From contig CAUYYV010000001.1 in NCBI GenBank assembly GCA_963577075.1, forward strand, positions 1 to 38,400: a stretch of DNA of 38,400 bases, given 5' to 3'. This document shows, in pieces, positions 26,522-35,737 of the stretch. The position numbers and the translations under genes are program-made. The DNA comes from Phycisphaerae bacterium. Lineage in GTDB: Bacteria > Planctomycetota > Phycisphaerae > Phycisphaerales > Phycisphaeraceae. Each line of letters begins with the position of its first letter. The stretch's first letter is position 1. The notes below the pieces were generated by a model that saw only the letters and a program-made list of their open reading frames with translations, ran no database searches and was not told the origin of the DNA.

Positions 26522-27631
26522 CTAGGGCGATTGTACCTTTGCTTGTGGTTGCTGCATGGTCAGGCAGTGAATTGCGCCGAGGCCGGCGATCAGATGATTG
26601 CACGGAACGGGGACGATCTTGTGATCGGGCATCGCCTTGTCCAGGGCGCGCAGCGCGTTATCGTCGGTCTGCTGCCCGAAGGTGGGTACATAGACGACGC
26701 CGTTGCAGATCAGGAAGTTGGCGTAGCTGGCCGGCAGTTGTACGCGGCCGGCGTCGTATTCGGCCGCATCGGGAAACTCGTACCGGATCGGCCGCGGCGC
26801 GGGCAGAGCCACCAGGTTCAGCGTTTGTCCTGACTGGTCGCGCGCTGTACGCAACACGCGCCAGTTCCGCTCGAGCGATTCGTGGTCGCGGTGACCTTCG
26901 GGTGCGCGCACGGCGGCGACCGTTGCCGGCCTGATGAAGCGGGCCACGCCATCGACGTGGCCGTCGGTGTCGTCGCCCGTGATGCCGCACGGCAGCCAGA
27001 TGACGTGCCGGGTCCCCAGCGCATCGTGCAACATCCGCTCGACGCCGCGGCGGTCCAGCGACGGGTTGCGGCTGGCGTTGAGCAGGCACGATTCGGTGGT
27101 CAGCATGGCGCCGCGGCCGTTGGCGTCGATCGCGCCGCCCTCGAGCACTTGCTCGTGACGCCATGTGGGGGCGCCAACCTGCTGCGCGATGCGTCCGGAC
27201 ACGGCGTCGTCACGGTCCTGGGGCGGGTACTTGCCGCCCCAACTGTTGAAGCGAAAGTCGTGACAAGCCAACTCGCCGCGGCGGTTGAGGACAAAGATGG
27301 GCCCGTAATCACGGATCCACGAATCGTCGGTGGCGATCCCGTGTCGGCCGGTGTCACAGACCTCGACCGAATCGCCCATCAGTTCGACGAAATGGTCGAA
27401 CTGCCGCTGCGCCGGTTCGAGGCACCCGGGCCAGGTCGCGGCACGGTGAGGCCGGCTGACCCACACCCGTGATTGCGCCGCCCACTCGGCGGGCATGTGA
27501 TATTCATGTAGATCGGTGCAGATGGTTGTGTGCGTTGCGATGTAGGTGCTCAGATTTGTGCTATTTACGATATGACGACCGCGATCACCGGTTGCGGCTT
27601 TATGATGGTTCACTCTTGCGGCGCCGTTCAT
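26522..27631 (-). CDS. aguA: Agmatine deiminase (Porphyromonas-type peptidylarginine deiminase family), 369 aa
   Basis: HMPAEWAAQSRVW, DDSWIRDYGPIFV, EGGAIDANGRGAMLTTESCLLN..RNP, DTDGHVDGVARF, and the catalytic Cys in GAIHCLTMQQP. The start is uncertain (ATG 27631 or 27496). Family members usually have about 10-20 residues before MPAEW, which favours the longer form. Confidence 0.85.
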   Translation of the reverse strand: MNGAARVNHHKAATGDRGRHIVNSTNLSTYIATHTTICTDLHEYHMPAEWAAQSRVWVSRPHRAATWPGCLEPAQRQFDHFVELMGDSVEVCDTGRHGIATDDSWIRDYGPIFVLNRRGELACHDFRFNSWGGKYPPQDRDDAVSGRIAQQVGAPTWRHEQVLEGGAIDANGRGAMLTTESCLLNASRNPSLDRRGVERMLHDALGTRHVIWLPCGITGDDTDGHVDGVARFIRPATVAAVRAPEGHRDHESLERNWRVLRTARDQSGQTLNLVALPAPRPIRYEFPDAAEYDAGRVQLPASYANFLICNGVVYVPTFGQQTDDNALRALDKAMPDHKIVPVPCNHLIAGLGAIHCLTMQQPQAKVQSP

Positions 27632-27978
27632 CTGCCATGGGCGTTATACCGCACCCACGCCCTGACGTGAAGCGGTCGAGGAAATCGGTCATATTCGCAC
27701 TTAAGTGAGCAACGCCTGCACGCTTACGTCATCGAATACCGTATGGGCGTCGTCGTTGCCCAGCCCGATCTCACCGCCGTTGAGCGCCGTGTCGAAATTG
27801 ATGCTGATCGTCTCGACGCCGTCGCCGAAGTTCTCGATATACGGGATCGCCGTACCCGGGAGCATCAAGCGTGGCTCGAGCCACGCTCGCGACTGCCAAT
27901 CCCGGCATGGGTGCCGCTGGCCAGCCGAACCATCTACTGCTAAGATACCGTCAACTACTCAACCCCAAGGTGCAACCC

Positions 27979-28566
27979 ATGGCCGCCACCAGCCCCGCCG
28001 AAGGCTACTTCCGAAACATCTACACCACGCTCAAGAGCATCGCCATCGGCATGCGCATCACGCTCAAGTACCTTTTTTCCAGCAGCGTCACGATCCAGTA
28101 CCCCTTCGAGAAGCTCGCTTTCGCCCCACGCTACCGCGGCATCCACGAGTTCGAGGCCGACAAGTGCATCGCCTGTGACATGTGTGCCAAGGCCTGCCCC
28201 GTCGACTGCATCTACATCGATAAGTCCGGCGCACGCAAGATCGACAAGAGCACCGGCAAGGTCGACCCCAAAGGCGGCGAGCTGCTGCGCTACGCCATCG
28301 ACTATCAAAAGTGCATGTTCTGCGCCCTTTGTACCGAGCCCTGTCCGACCGACTGCATCCACATGGGCAAGAACCACGACTTGTCCTCCTACACGCGCGG
28401 CGACATGGTTGTCGAGTTCACCGAGATCGACAAGCAGGGCCTGCGCACCCCCATTCCACTTTGGGTCGAGCGTAACGCCTCGAAGATCCCTTGGGTCGCC
28501 AAAGAGAAGCAACGCCTCGAAGCGGGCGAGCTGGCTACTCGCGCCGCCAATATTCCGGCAGTTTGA
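27979..28566 (+). CDS. nuoI: NADH-quinone oxidoreductase subunit I (NuoI, 2x[4Fe-4S] ferredoxin), 195 aa
   Basis: The NuoI-like N-terminus is YFRNIYTTLKSIAIGMRITLKYLF...TIQYPFEK. The two cluster motifs are CIACDMCAKACP and CMFCALCTEPCP. The ATG at 27979 is preceded by AAGGTG (6-nt spacer). No other nuo gene is adjacent. Confidence 0.85.
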   Translation: MAATSPAEGYFRNIYTTLKSIAIGMRITLKYLFSSSVTIQYPFEKLAFAPRYRGIHEFEADKCIACDMCAKACPVDCIYIDKSGARKIDKSTGKVDPKGGELLRYAIDYQKCMFCALCTEPCPTDCIHMGKNHDLSSYTRGDMVVEFTEIDKQGLRTPIPLWVERNASKIPWVAKEKQRLEAGELATRAANIPAV

Positions 28567-28875
28567 ATCGCTGGCCGGCCTCGGCGACACGGTCGCACAT
28601 CCGTCTGTCCGACCCCGCCCCGCATCGTTTAGACCCCTTGGCTCGAGTTGTGGTGTAGGCCGTGTCGCGGCGAGTTTCTCACATATACGCCGATTCGCAC
28701 GAGCAAAATGAAGGCAAGCCCCCGGAACCGAAGCAGCCCGGAATCGTTCCGGTCATCGAGCTTGAAGTGGTCGAGCAATGGAAGAAGGTGCTTGGCAAAG
28801 AACCTCAACCGGACACCGACAAGTTCGCACCGTGAGGCAAGCTGCTCAAAGAAATCCGATCTGCTCCCCCCGGGT

Positions 28876-30384
28876 TTATCGCCACGTCTCGACGGCCCGC
28901 ACCAGTAAGCGTACGCCGAAACCCGTCGGGCCCTTGCAAAACAGATCGTTGGCGTTCTTGAGATCGCTGACGCCGGCAATGTCGAGGTGAGCCCAGGGCG
29001 TCTTCTGGTCGACAAAATGCTGCAAGAACGCGGCTCCCTGGATAGGGTGCGCTTCACGCCCGCCGGAATTGACAATATCGGCGTGGCTGGATTTGAGCAG
29101 CTCTTTGTGCTCGGCCCATAGCGGCAGGTGCCACAGGCGCTCACCGGTATGCTCGGCGGCGTCGAACAGGTGGCCGCGCAGTTTAGAGTCTCCGCAAAAT
29201 GCGCCGGCGCACAGACTGCCAAGCGCCACCACGACGCCCCCGGTCAACGTGGCCAGATCGATAATCGCCCTGGGCTTGTAATGTCTGCACCCATAGGCAA
29301 GAGCGTCGGCAAGAACCAGCCTTCCTTCGGCATCCGTATTCGTAACCTCAACGGTCACACCGTTGTACATTCGCAGGATGTCACTGGGACGATATCCGGT
29401 TTTGTCGATCATGTTCTCCGCGACCGGCACAAGTGCCACGACCCGTACCGGCAGTTTCAAGCGGGCGATAGCGTGCATGGCGCCGATCACCGCCACGCCG
29501 CCGCACTTGTCATACTTCATCGTATCCATGCTGGCCGCCGGCTTGATCGAGTAACCGCCGGTGTCGAACGTCACTGCCTTGCCGACGAGAAGGATCGGTT
29601 TGCCGTTCGCCTTGGGCGCTCTTCCGCGTCCCGGCCATTCGAGGCAGATCATGGCGGGCGGCGTCGACCCGGCGGCGCCAACGGCGATCAATCCGCCCAT
29701 CTTCAACGCCGCGGCACGTTTAGCGTCGATGATCGTACATTTGAGTCCAACCTGCCGCGCTATTTTTCGACAGAATGCCACGAGATATCTCGGGTTGGCC
29801 ACGTTCGGCGGTGTGGCGGCGAGTTTCCGCGCCAGCGTCACCGACTCGCCGACATGCAGCCCGTGAGTCAGTCCTTTGCGCATCGACCGGTCAATACTCA
29901 CCGCGAGCCGTGTTGCCTTGCCCTTGTTTGCCCGGTCGGGCTTGTTGTGGTCGCCCTTGCCCTTAAAAAGGTCGAACTCGAAGTTGGCGATCGCCAGGCC
30001 GTCGGCGATCGCTCTGCCGGTGTCATCCGGCGTGGCGGCGCCGTCGAGGCCGGCCACATCGATGCTCAGGCGGCTGACATCGGCGTCGTAAGCCGCCTTC
30101 ACCAACTTGGCGCCCGCGATTCGCATCGCCGAGCAATCGTCGGACTGACCGCGATCGCCCAGTCCGAGCACATACAGGCGCTTGGGGCCCGATGGGGGGT
30201 AAAGGCATTGCAGTGCGCCGCGCACCGCGGAAAATTCCGCCCTACGCATCGCCGCCTTCAGGGCGCCGCCGGCCCGCCTGTCCAGGCCGGCGTGGCACGC
30301 CGGCAACGGCCCGGGCTTATCGAACAGCATGACGGCTACGGTGTCCGCGTTGGCGTCGCCAACCACTCGAATCTGACGATACAA
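28876..30384 (-). CDS. pepA: Leucyl aminopeptidase (M17 family), 502 aa
   Basis: VGKAVTFDTGGYSIKP, NTDAEGRLVLAD and the C-terminal HLDIAG. The start is TTG at 30384, supported by AGGAG with a 7-nt spacer. Confidence 0.9.
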   Translation of the reverse strand: MYRQIRVVGDANADTVAVMLFDKPGPLPACHAGLDRRAGGALKAAMRRAEFSAVRGALQCLYPPSGPKRLYVLGLGDRGQSDDCSAMRIAGAKLVKAAYDADVSRLSIDVAGLDGAATPDDTGRAIADGLAIANFEFDLFKGKGDHNKPDRANKGKATRLAVSIDRSMRKGLTHGLHVGESVTLARKLAATPPNVANPRYLVAFCRKIARQVGLKCTIIDAKRAAALKMGGLIAVGAAGSTPPAMICLEWPGRGRAPKANGKPILLVGKAVTFDTGGYSIKPAASMDTMKYDKCGGVAVIGAMHAIARLKLPVRVVALVPVAENMIDKTGYRPSDILRMYNGVTVEVTNTDAEGRLVLADALAYGCRHYKPRAIIDLATLTGGVVVALGSLCAGAFCGDSKLRGHLFDAAEHTGERLWHLPLWAEHKELLKSSHADIVNSGGREAHPIQGAAFLQHFVDQKTPWAHLDIAGVSDLKNANDLFCKGPTGFGVRLLVRAVETWR

Positions 30385-30655
30385 TTGATAACTCCTGAAG
30401 GCTTACATTTTCCAGCATAGTTGCAGACACATCAGATTGCCAACGTGTTCTGTCATCGCGTCAGTTGCCGGCGGTTCGCATCTGGCGCACAACGCCAATG
30501 CAGGCATAGGGTTGGGCGCATCGCCGGCTTGACAGTTCGCGGTGGGACCGATACCGTCACTGCTCGGTGGAATCAGAATAAGCCTATCATCCGGCAAGCC
30601 AGCGAACCGCGTTAGGTCGATTGCACACCAGCCCGTTTGCCCGGAGTCAAGCTCT

Positions 30656-31744
30656 ATGAGAACACCCCGCTGTTTGCTGGCCACGATCGTGTGGATCGCG
30701 TGCGCGGGCCATTCCACCGTGCTTGCGCAGGATAGGTTGCCGATATCCAAGCAAGGGGCGCTAACTCCGACGGAACAAGAAACAGTCCGCGATTACGTCG
30801 CACTATGGGCCGGCAACTTGCAGAGCGACAGGGATGTGGTAGTCGCCGGTGCGAAGAAAAAACTCACAGCACCGCTGCGCCGCAACGCCAAGCCCCCCTT
30901 TCTCGCCGCCTACCGTATCGCTTTGATCCCTCACTTGGATGAGGCGATTAAATCACCGCGTGATATCGTCCGGCTCAATGTCATGATCATTGCCGAGTCG
31001 GTGAAAGACGCGAATAATCCTGATCTGCTGGTGAAGGGACTCGCCGACCGCAGCCCCGCGGTGCGATACTGGGCCGCCGCCGCCATGACCAGCGTGATCG
31101 CGGCCTTGCCGCCCGCAGAAACCCCGAAACAGAAGCAGGAGCAGAAGACCCTGCAAACCCAACTGCTCGCTCAACTCGTCAAGGCGGTGCAGGTCGAGCC
31201 GTATGAGCAGGTGGTTCAACAGTGCATGGTGGCGCTGAACCAGTTGAATATCCCCGAAGCAGCGATCGAGGTTCTCGAAGCACTCGACGGTCGTGTTGCG
31301 ATTCACCTTGAGGAACCGTCGCTGCCGCTTGCCGCAGCGCTGGCGACGCTGCGCAGCCAGATGATTCAGGTGATCAGACAGTCGAGCCCTCCAAGAGATC
31401 ACATGCGCCTGCTCATGCGCGTATCGTTTCGGTACTTCGATCTTGCGTCAGGCATGTTCTCCAACGGCCGCGTGAGCCCAAACAACCTGAAAGACTATCG
31501 GGAAATGCTGCGCCGAGCAGACGAGAATCTGCGGGAACTGGCAGAACTGCAAAACATAAGGGTCGAGGATTTTCCGCGCCCTCCCTTGGGCAAATCGCTT
31601 GATGATTTGGCCAAGAGTCAGGAATGGCAGGCAATCAATCTGTACTCGGCCGAGTGGAGAAACCTGCTGGTAAAACGCTTGAAATTCAGGGCCGAAGCCC
31701 TGCACATGGGACAAACGCCGATTAAGCGCCCAGATCGGGATTGA
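30656..31744 (+). CDS. Secreted hypothetical protein, possibly HEAT/armadillo-like helical repeats, 362 aa
   Basis: The signal peptide is MRTPRCLLATIVWIACAGHSTVLAQ. There is a HEAT-like segment LADRSPAVRYWAAAAM, and the composition is all-helical. I chose the ATG at 30656 (GGAG 9 nt upstream). Confidence 0.55.
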   Translation: MRTPRCLLATIVWIACAGHSTVLAQDRLPISKQGALTPTEQETVRDYVALWAGNLQSDRDVVVAGAKKKLTAPLRRNAKPPFLAAYRIALIPHLDEAIKSPRDIVRLNVMIIAESVKDANNPDLLVKGLADRSPAVRYWAAAAMTSVIAALPPAETPKQKQEQKTLQTQLLAQLVKAVQVEPYEQVVQQCMVALNQLNIPEAAIEVLEALDGRVAIHLEEPSLPLAAALATLRSQMIQVIRQSSPPRDHMRLLMRVSFRYFDLASGMFSNGRVSPNNLKDYREMLRRADENLRELAELQNIRVEDFPRPPLGKSLDDLAKSQEWQAINLYSAEWRNLLVKRLKFRAEALHMGQTPIKRPDRD

Positions 31745-32120
31745 CAACTGGTGACTGGGCCGGTGTCGGCATGCTCGTGTCGGCAGGTGCCTTGGGGCCT
31801 TGGATCGCTTCGTCCACTTGGCGCAACAGGTCCATGTAGTCCATCTGGGCCATCTGCAGATCGCGCAACACCGGGTGCTGAATCACGCGGTTCTGCAGAT
31901 CTTCCACCTTGTGCTTGTCCGTGACCTCAATGGGTTGGCCCTTGTTTTCCTTTTCATGCACGAGTTGAAGTTGGCGGTTGTAGTCAGTCATAAGGCGCTG
32001 GGCGTCCGTGTCGTCGCGAAGTTTGCCGGTGATGTCCTGAAACTTCATCGACGCATTGTGCTCGGCAATGAGTTTGCCCAGGTCGCCTGCGGCTTTCATC
32101 ACCTGTTCCGTGCTGGCCAT
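31722..32120 (-). CDS. YlbF/YmcA-like (UPF0342 family) small helical protein, 132 aa
   Basis: Size and heptad-like pattern match the family: AGDLGKLIAEHNASMKFQDITGKLRDDTDAQRLMTDYNRQLQ...VIQHPVLRDLQMAQMDYMDLLRQVDEAI. The ATG at 32120 is preceded by GGAGA. This call rests on recollection of the family pattern only. Confidence 0.5.
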   Translation of the reverse strand: MASTEQVMKAAGDLGKLIAEHNASMKFQDITGKLRDDTDAQRLMTDYNRQLQLVHEKENKGQPIEVTDKHKVEDLQNRVIQHPVLRDLQMAQMDYMDLLRQVDEAIQGPKAPADTSMPTPAQSPVVNPDLGA

Positions 32121-32248
32121 GGTGCATGTCTCCGTCGCCCTGCAGCCGGGGCATGGTAGAGGTAGCATAACAGCAATGCGATCACACGTCAGATGGTGCC
32201 GGTCAACGAGGCCCTTGCAGATTGCTGATTACTGACAGCGAGTATTTC

Positions 32249-34579
32249 ATGTCCAACCCACATATCGATCGAATTCTCAAGCACATCGCCGATCGGCGTT
32301 ACCAACCGCAGCGCATGCGTCAATTGGCGCAGGACCTGGGCGTGCCCGAGGCCGGCTTTGAGGATTTCGCCGGTGTGTTGAACGAGTTGATCGGCGAGGG
32401 CAGGGTGGTGCTCGACGCCGACGCCACCGTCGGGTTGCCCCCTCCGGGCCGGGTGATGATCGGTACATTTCGGCTCAATAAGCGTGGGTTCGGGTTCGTT
32501 GTGCCCGAGTCGCCGACGGAGCACGGCGATCTATTCGTCCCTGAAGGAAATACCGGTAGCGCCTTGACCGGCGACCTGATCCGGGCCACCGTGATCCATG
32601 TCAGGAATCGTGCCGGTCGGGGCCGATCGCCATATATCGGGCGTGTCACCGACATTCTCCAACGCGCCGACAAACAGTACGTGGGCAACCTGACCAAGCG
32701 GGGACAGGTGTGGGTCGTCGAGGTGGACGGTCGCCATCTGCCCGACCCGATCGTTATCCGCGACCCCCATGCCCGCGATGCGCGACAGGGTGACAAGGTC
32801 GTCATCGAGTTGATCGTTTATCCCACAGGCAGTGCATCGGCCGAAGGGGTGATCCTCGAGGTGCTCGGTAAACAGGGCGAGCCCGATGTCGAGACCGAGG
32901 CTGTCATACGCGCCTATGGACTGAGAGATCGGTTCGAGCCGGAAGTGATCGAAAGCGCACGGGCCGCGGCACAGGCGTTTGACGACAAATCAATACCCGA
33001 CGACCGAGAGGACCTGACCGGCACGTTCATCTGCACGATCGATCCGCCCGACGCTCGCGATTATGACGACGCTATCAGCATCGAAAAGTTCAATCCGCCC
33101 GACGGTGATGCGGTATATCAACTGGGCGTACACATTGCCGATGTTTCCACATTCGTGAAACTCGGTTCGGAGATGGACAGCGAAGCGGCCGGTCGCGGCA
33201 ACAGCGTGTACCTGCCCCGCCGTGTCTTGCCCATGCTGCCCGAGTTGCTCTCCAACGGCGTCTGCTCGCTCCAGGAAGGCGTCAACCGCCTGTGCAAATC
33301 GGCGTTTATCCGGTACGACGGCGACGGCAACGTCGTGGGCCAGCGGTTTGCCTCCACCGTTATTAAATCTTGCAAAAGGCTTACGTACCTTGAAGCGCAG
33401 GCGCTGATTGACGACGACGTGCGCACGGCACGTAAGCACACGAAAAGCACGCCGAAATATGGCCAGCCACTGATTCATGCCCTTAAGTTGATGGACGAGT
33501 TGGCGCGGATCATTCGCGCCCGCCGCCTTGTAAAGGGAATGATCACTCTCGACCTGCCGTCGGCGGAGTTGGTGTTCGACGATTCCGGCAGGGTTGTGGA
33601 CGCCGTGCCGGAAGATGACGCGTATACACACACGATCATCGAAATGTTCATGGTTGAAGCCAACGAAGCGGCGGCCCGCTTGTTCGACGGCCTTGGCGTA
33701 GCGATGCTTCGGCGCATTCACGCCGACCCGCCAGCGCACGACCTGACGGAACTTCGTCGGTTTGCCCATGTTGCCGGCCACACGATCCCGCAACGTCCGT
33801 CACGGCACGATTTGCAGAGCCTGCTCGACGCCGTGCGTGGCACGCCCGCGCAGCATGCGGTGCACCTGGCCGTGTTGCAGACTCTGAGTCGTGCCGAGTA
33901 CGCACCACTGCTGATCGGTCATTTCGCGTTGGCCAGCGAGCATTACACCCATTTCACCAGCCCGATTCGTCGCTATGTGGACCTGGTCGTACACCGTGCG
34001 TTGGACGCGTACTTGGAACAAGCATCCGGTCGCGGGGGACGCGGCAAGAAGCGGATCACCGCCAGGATGCGCGATGATTTACGCGTCCCAGATGAGCAGG
34101 CGTTGGCAGAGATCGGTCGGCACTGCTCGCAGGCCGAGCGTAACGCGGAGGCGGCCGAGCGCGACCTGACCAATTACCTGGTCCTTGATCTGCTGGGCGA
34201 CCATCTCGGTGACGATTTTGACGGCACGGTCACGGGTATCACAGGCTCGGGCGTGTTCGTCCAACTCGACCGTTACCTCGTGGACGGTTTTATCCGCAAC
34301 GAGGACCTGCCCGGTGACGGCCGGTGGAGGCTCAACCGCAACACGGGTGCGCTTGTGGCGCAGGACAGCGGCAGGTCGATCACCATCGGCGATCGTTTTG
34401 TCGTGCGCATCGCAAATGTAGACGCCGCCGCACGCAGGCTCGATCTGGTCATTATCGAGAAACCCGCGGGCAGAAGGACGCCGAAGAAGCGTAAGCAGCC
34501 CGTCGGTGCACGCAAAGCGCATCAAAGGACAACTAAATTAAAAACGAAACGCAAGCAGAATCGCAAATGTAAGCAATGA
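32249..34579 (+). CDS. rnr: Ribonuclease R (RNB-family 3'-5' exoribonuclease), 776 aa
   Basis: There are N-terminal HTH/cold-shock-like regions. RNB catalytic motifs are IDPPDARDYDDAISI, VHIADVS and HFTSPIRRYVDLVVHR. A C-terminal S1 domain (GTVTGITGSGVFVQL) is followed by a Lys/Arg-rich tail. Confidence 0.9.
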   Translation: MSNPHIDRILKHIADRRYQPQRMRQLAQDLGVPEAGFEDFAGVLNELIGEGRVVLDADATVGLPPPGRVMIGTFRLNKRGFGFVVPESPTEHGDLFVPEGNTGSALTGDLIRATVIHVRNRAGRGRSPYIGRVTDILQRADKQYVGNLTKRGQVWVVEVDGRHLPDPIVIRDPHARDARQGDKVVIELIVYPTGSASAEGVILEVLGKQGEPDVETEAVIRAYGLRDRFEPEVIESARAAAQAFDDKSIPDDREDLTGTFICTIDPPDARDYDDAISIEKFNPPDGDAVYQLGVHIADVSTFVKLGSEMDSEAAGRGNSVYLPRRVLPMLPELLSNGVCSLQEGVNRLCKSAFIRYDGDGNVVGQRFASTVIKSCKRLTYLEAQALIDDDVRTARKHTKSTPKYGQPLIHALKLMDELARIIRARRLVKGMITLDLPSAELVFDDSGRVVDAVPEDDAYTHTIIEMFMVEANEAAARLFDGLGVAMLRRIHADPPAHDLTELRRFAHVAGHTIPQRPSRHDLQSLLDAVRGTPAQHAVHLAVLQTLSRAEYAPLLIGHFALASEHYTHFTSPIRRYVDLVVHRALDAYLEQASGRGGRGKKRITARMRDDLRVPDEQALAEIGRHCSQAERNAEAAERDLTNYLVLDLLGDHLGDDFDGTVTGITGSGVFVQLDRYLVDGFIRNEDLPGDGRWRLNRNTGALVAQDSGRSITIGDRFVVRIANVDAAARRLDLVIIEKPAGRRTPKKRKQPVGARKAHQRTTKLKTKRKQNRKCKQ

Positions 34580-34656
34580 TCGTTTGGCGGCGGGTCAATC
34601 CCCATGCACGAGGAGGAGCCACGTCGCTGAATGACGGATAGGTATAGGATGCTCTT

Positions 34657-35658
34657 ATGCCGTTGACGTTCGCAGCCTATCTGCACGACATCAGCCCGGT
34701 AGCGGTGCCACTATGGGGTAGCTTTGCCATCCGCTGGTACGGCCTGTCATATCTACTGGGGTTTGTGGTCGGTTGCCTGATTCTCCGCCACCTGGCACGG
34801 CGAGGTAGGGTCCAGCTCGAGGCAAACCAGGCGATGGACATGGTCTTCTGGATTGCCGTGGGCGTGCTCGTCGGCGGCAGGCTGGGGTATGCGTTGTTCT
34901 ACCAGCCTGATTTGTTTGTTAGCCTGAGCAGCAGCCCTCCCTACTGGGACCTGCTGGCGATCAACAAGGGCGGCATGGCCAGTCACGGCGGCCTGATCGG
35001 CGTGATCATCGCGTCACTCTGGTATGCGCGGCGCAACGGGTTCAGCTTCCTGCACGTGATCGACCTGGCCGTGTTCGCCGGTGCGCCGGGCATGTTCTTC
35101 GGGAGAATTGCCAACTTCATCAACGGCGAGTTATTCGGTCGGGCGTGTGGCGCTGACTCTCCGCTGGCGGTGAAGTTTCCACAGGAAATGCACGACTGGT
35201 CCCAGCAACAGCTTTCACCTCTGCTTGAACTCGACCCGCCGGCCTCTGCGACGATCTCACACGCGAGTCTTGTGAACTGGGCCATTGAGCAGATTCATCG
35301 TGGCAACGACAAGGTGGTAGAGATTGTTCAGCCGTTGCTGACGCCCCGTCATCCGTCGCAGTTGTACCAGGCGTTGATCGAAGGGCTCTTGCTGTTTGTG
35401 GTGTTGGCGATCACCTGGATTCGACCTCGCAAGCCCGGAGTGATCTTCGGCCTCTGCTGCTGCTACTACAGCATGGCGCGCATCGTGGGAGAGGTGTTCC
35501 GTGAGCCGGATTCGCACATCAAGGGCCATGAATTTGGCGCGTGGGGCATTACGCGAGGGCAACTTCTCAGTACCGTCATGCTGCTTGCCGGGGTGGCTGT
35601 CATCTCGATCTGCGCCAAGCGCAATGTGCAGAAGGTCGGCGGCATACTCAATCACTGA
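34657..35658 (+). CDS. lgt: Prolipoprotein diacylglyceryl transferase, 333 aa
   Basis: IRWYGLSYLLGF, GGMASHGGLIG, GRIANFINGELFGR and HPSQLYQALIEG, with multiple TM segments. Confidence 0.9.
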   Translation: MPLTFAAYLHDISPVAVPLWGSFAIRWYGLSYLLGFVVGCLILRHLARRGRVQLEANQAMDMVFWIAVGVLVGGRLGYALFYQPDLFVSLSSSPPYWDLLAINKGGMASHGGLIGVIIASLWYARRNGFSFLHVIDLAVFAGAPGMFFGRIANFINGELFGRACGADSPLAVKFPQEMHDWSQQQLSPLLELDPPASATISHASLVNWAIEQIHRGNDKVVEIVQPLLTPRHPSQLYQALIEGLLLFVVLAITWIRPRKPGVIFGLCCCYYSMARIVGEVFREPDSHIKGHEFGAWGITRGQLLSTVMLLAGVAVISICAKRNVQKVGGILNH

Positions 35659-35737
35659 TCGACGGCCGTGAAGCAAGGTGGGCCACTCGGTGTGTGTAGC
35701 GATTGGATCGTCACCCGATGCGGATCAAAGCCATGGT

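Noticed and set aside
30403-30750. A 115-aa minus-strand ORF in the pepA / HEAT-like divergent region, together with a TTGACA hexamer at about 30527-30532
   Set aside because: The ORF overlaps the better-supported signal-peptide start of the plus-strand gene and has an implausible composition. The TTGACA has only a weak -10 partner (TACCGT) at 17 bp, so I make no promoter call.
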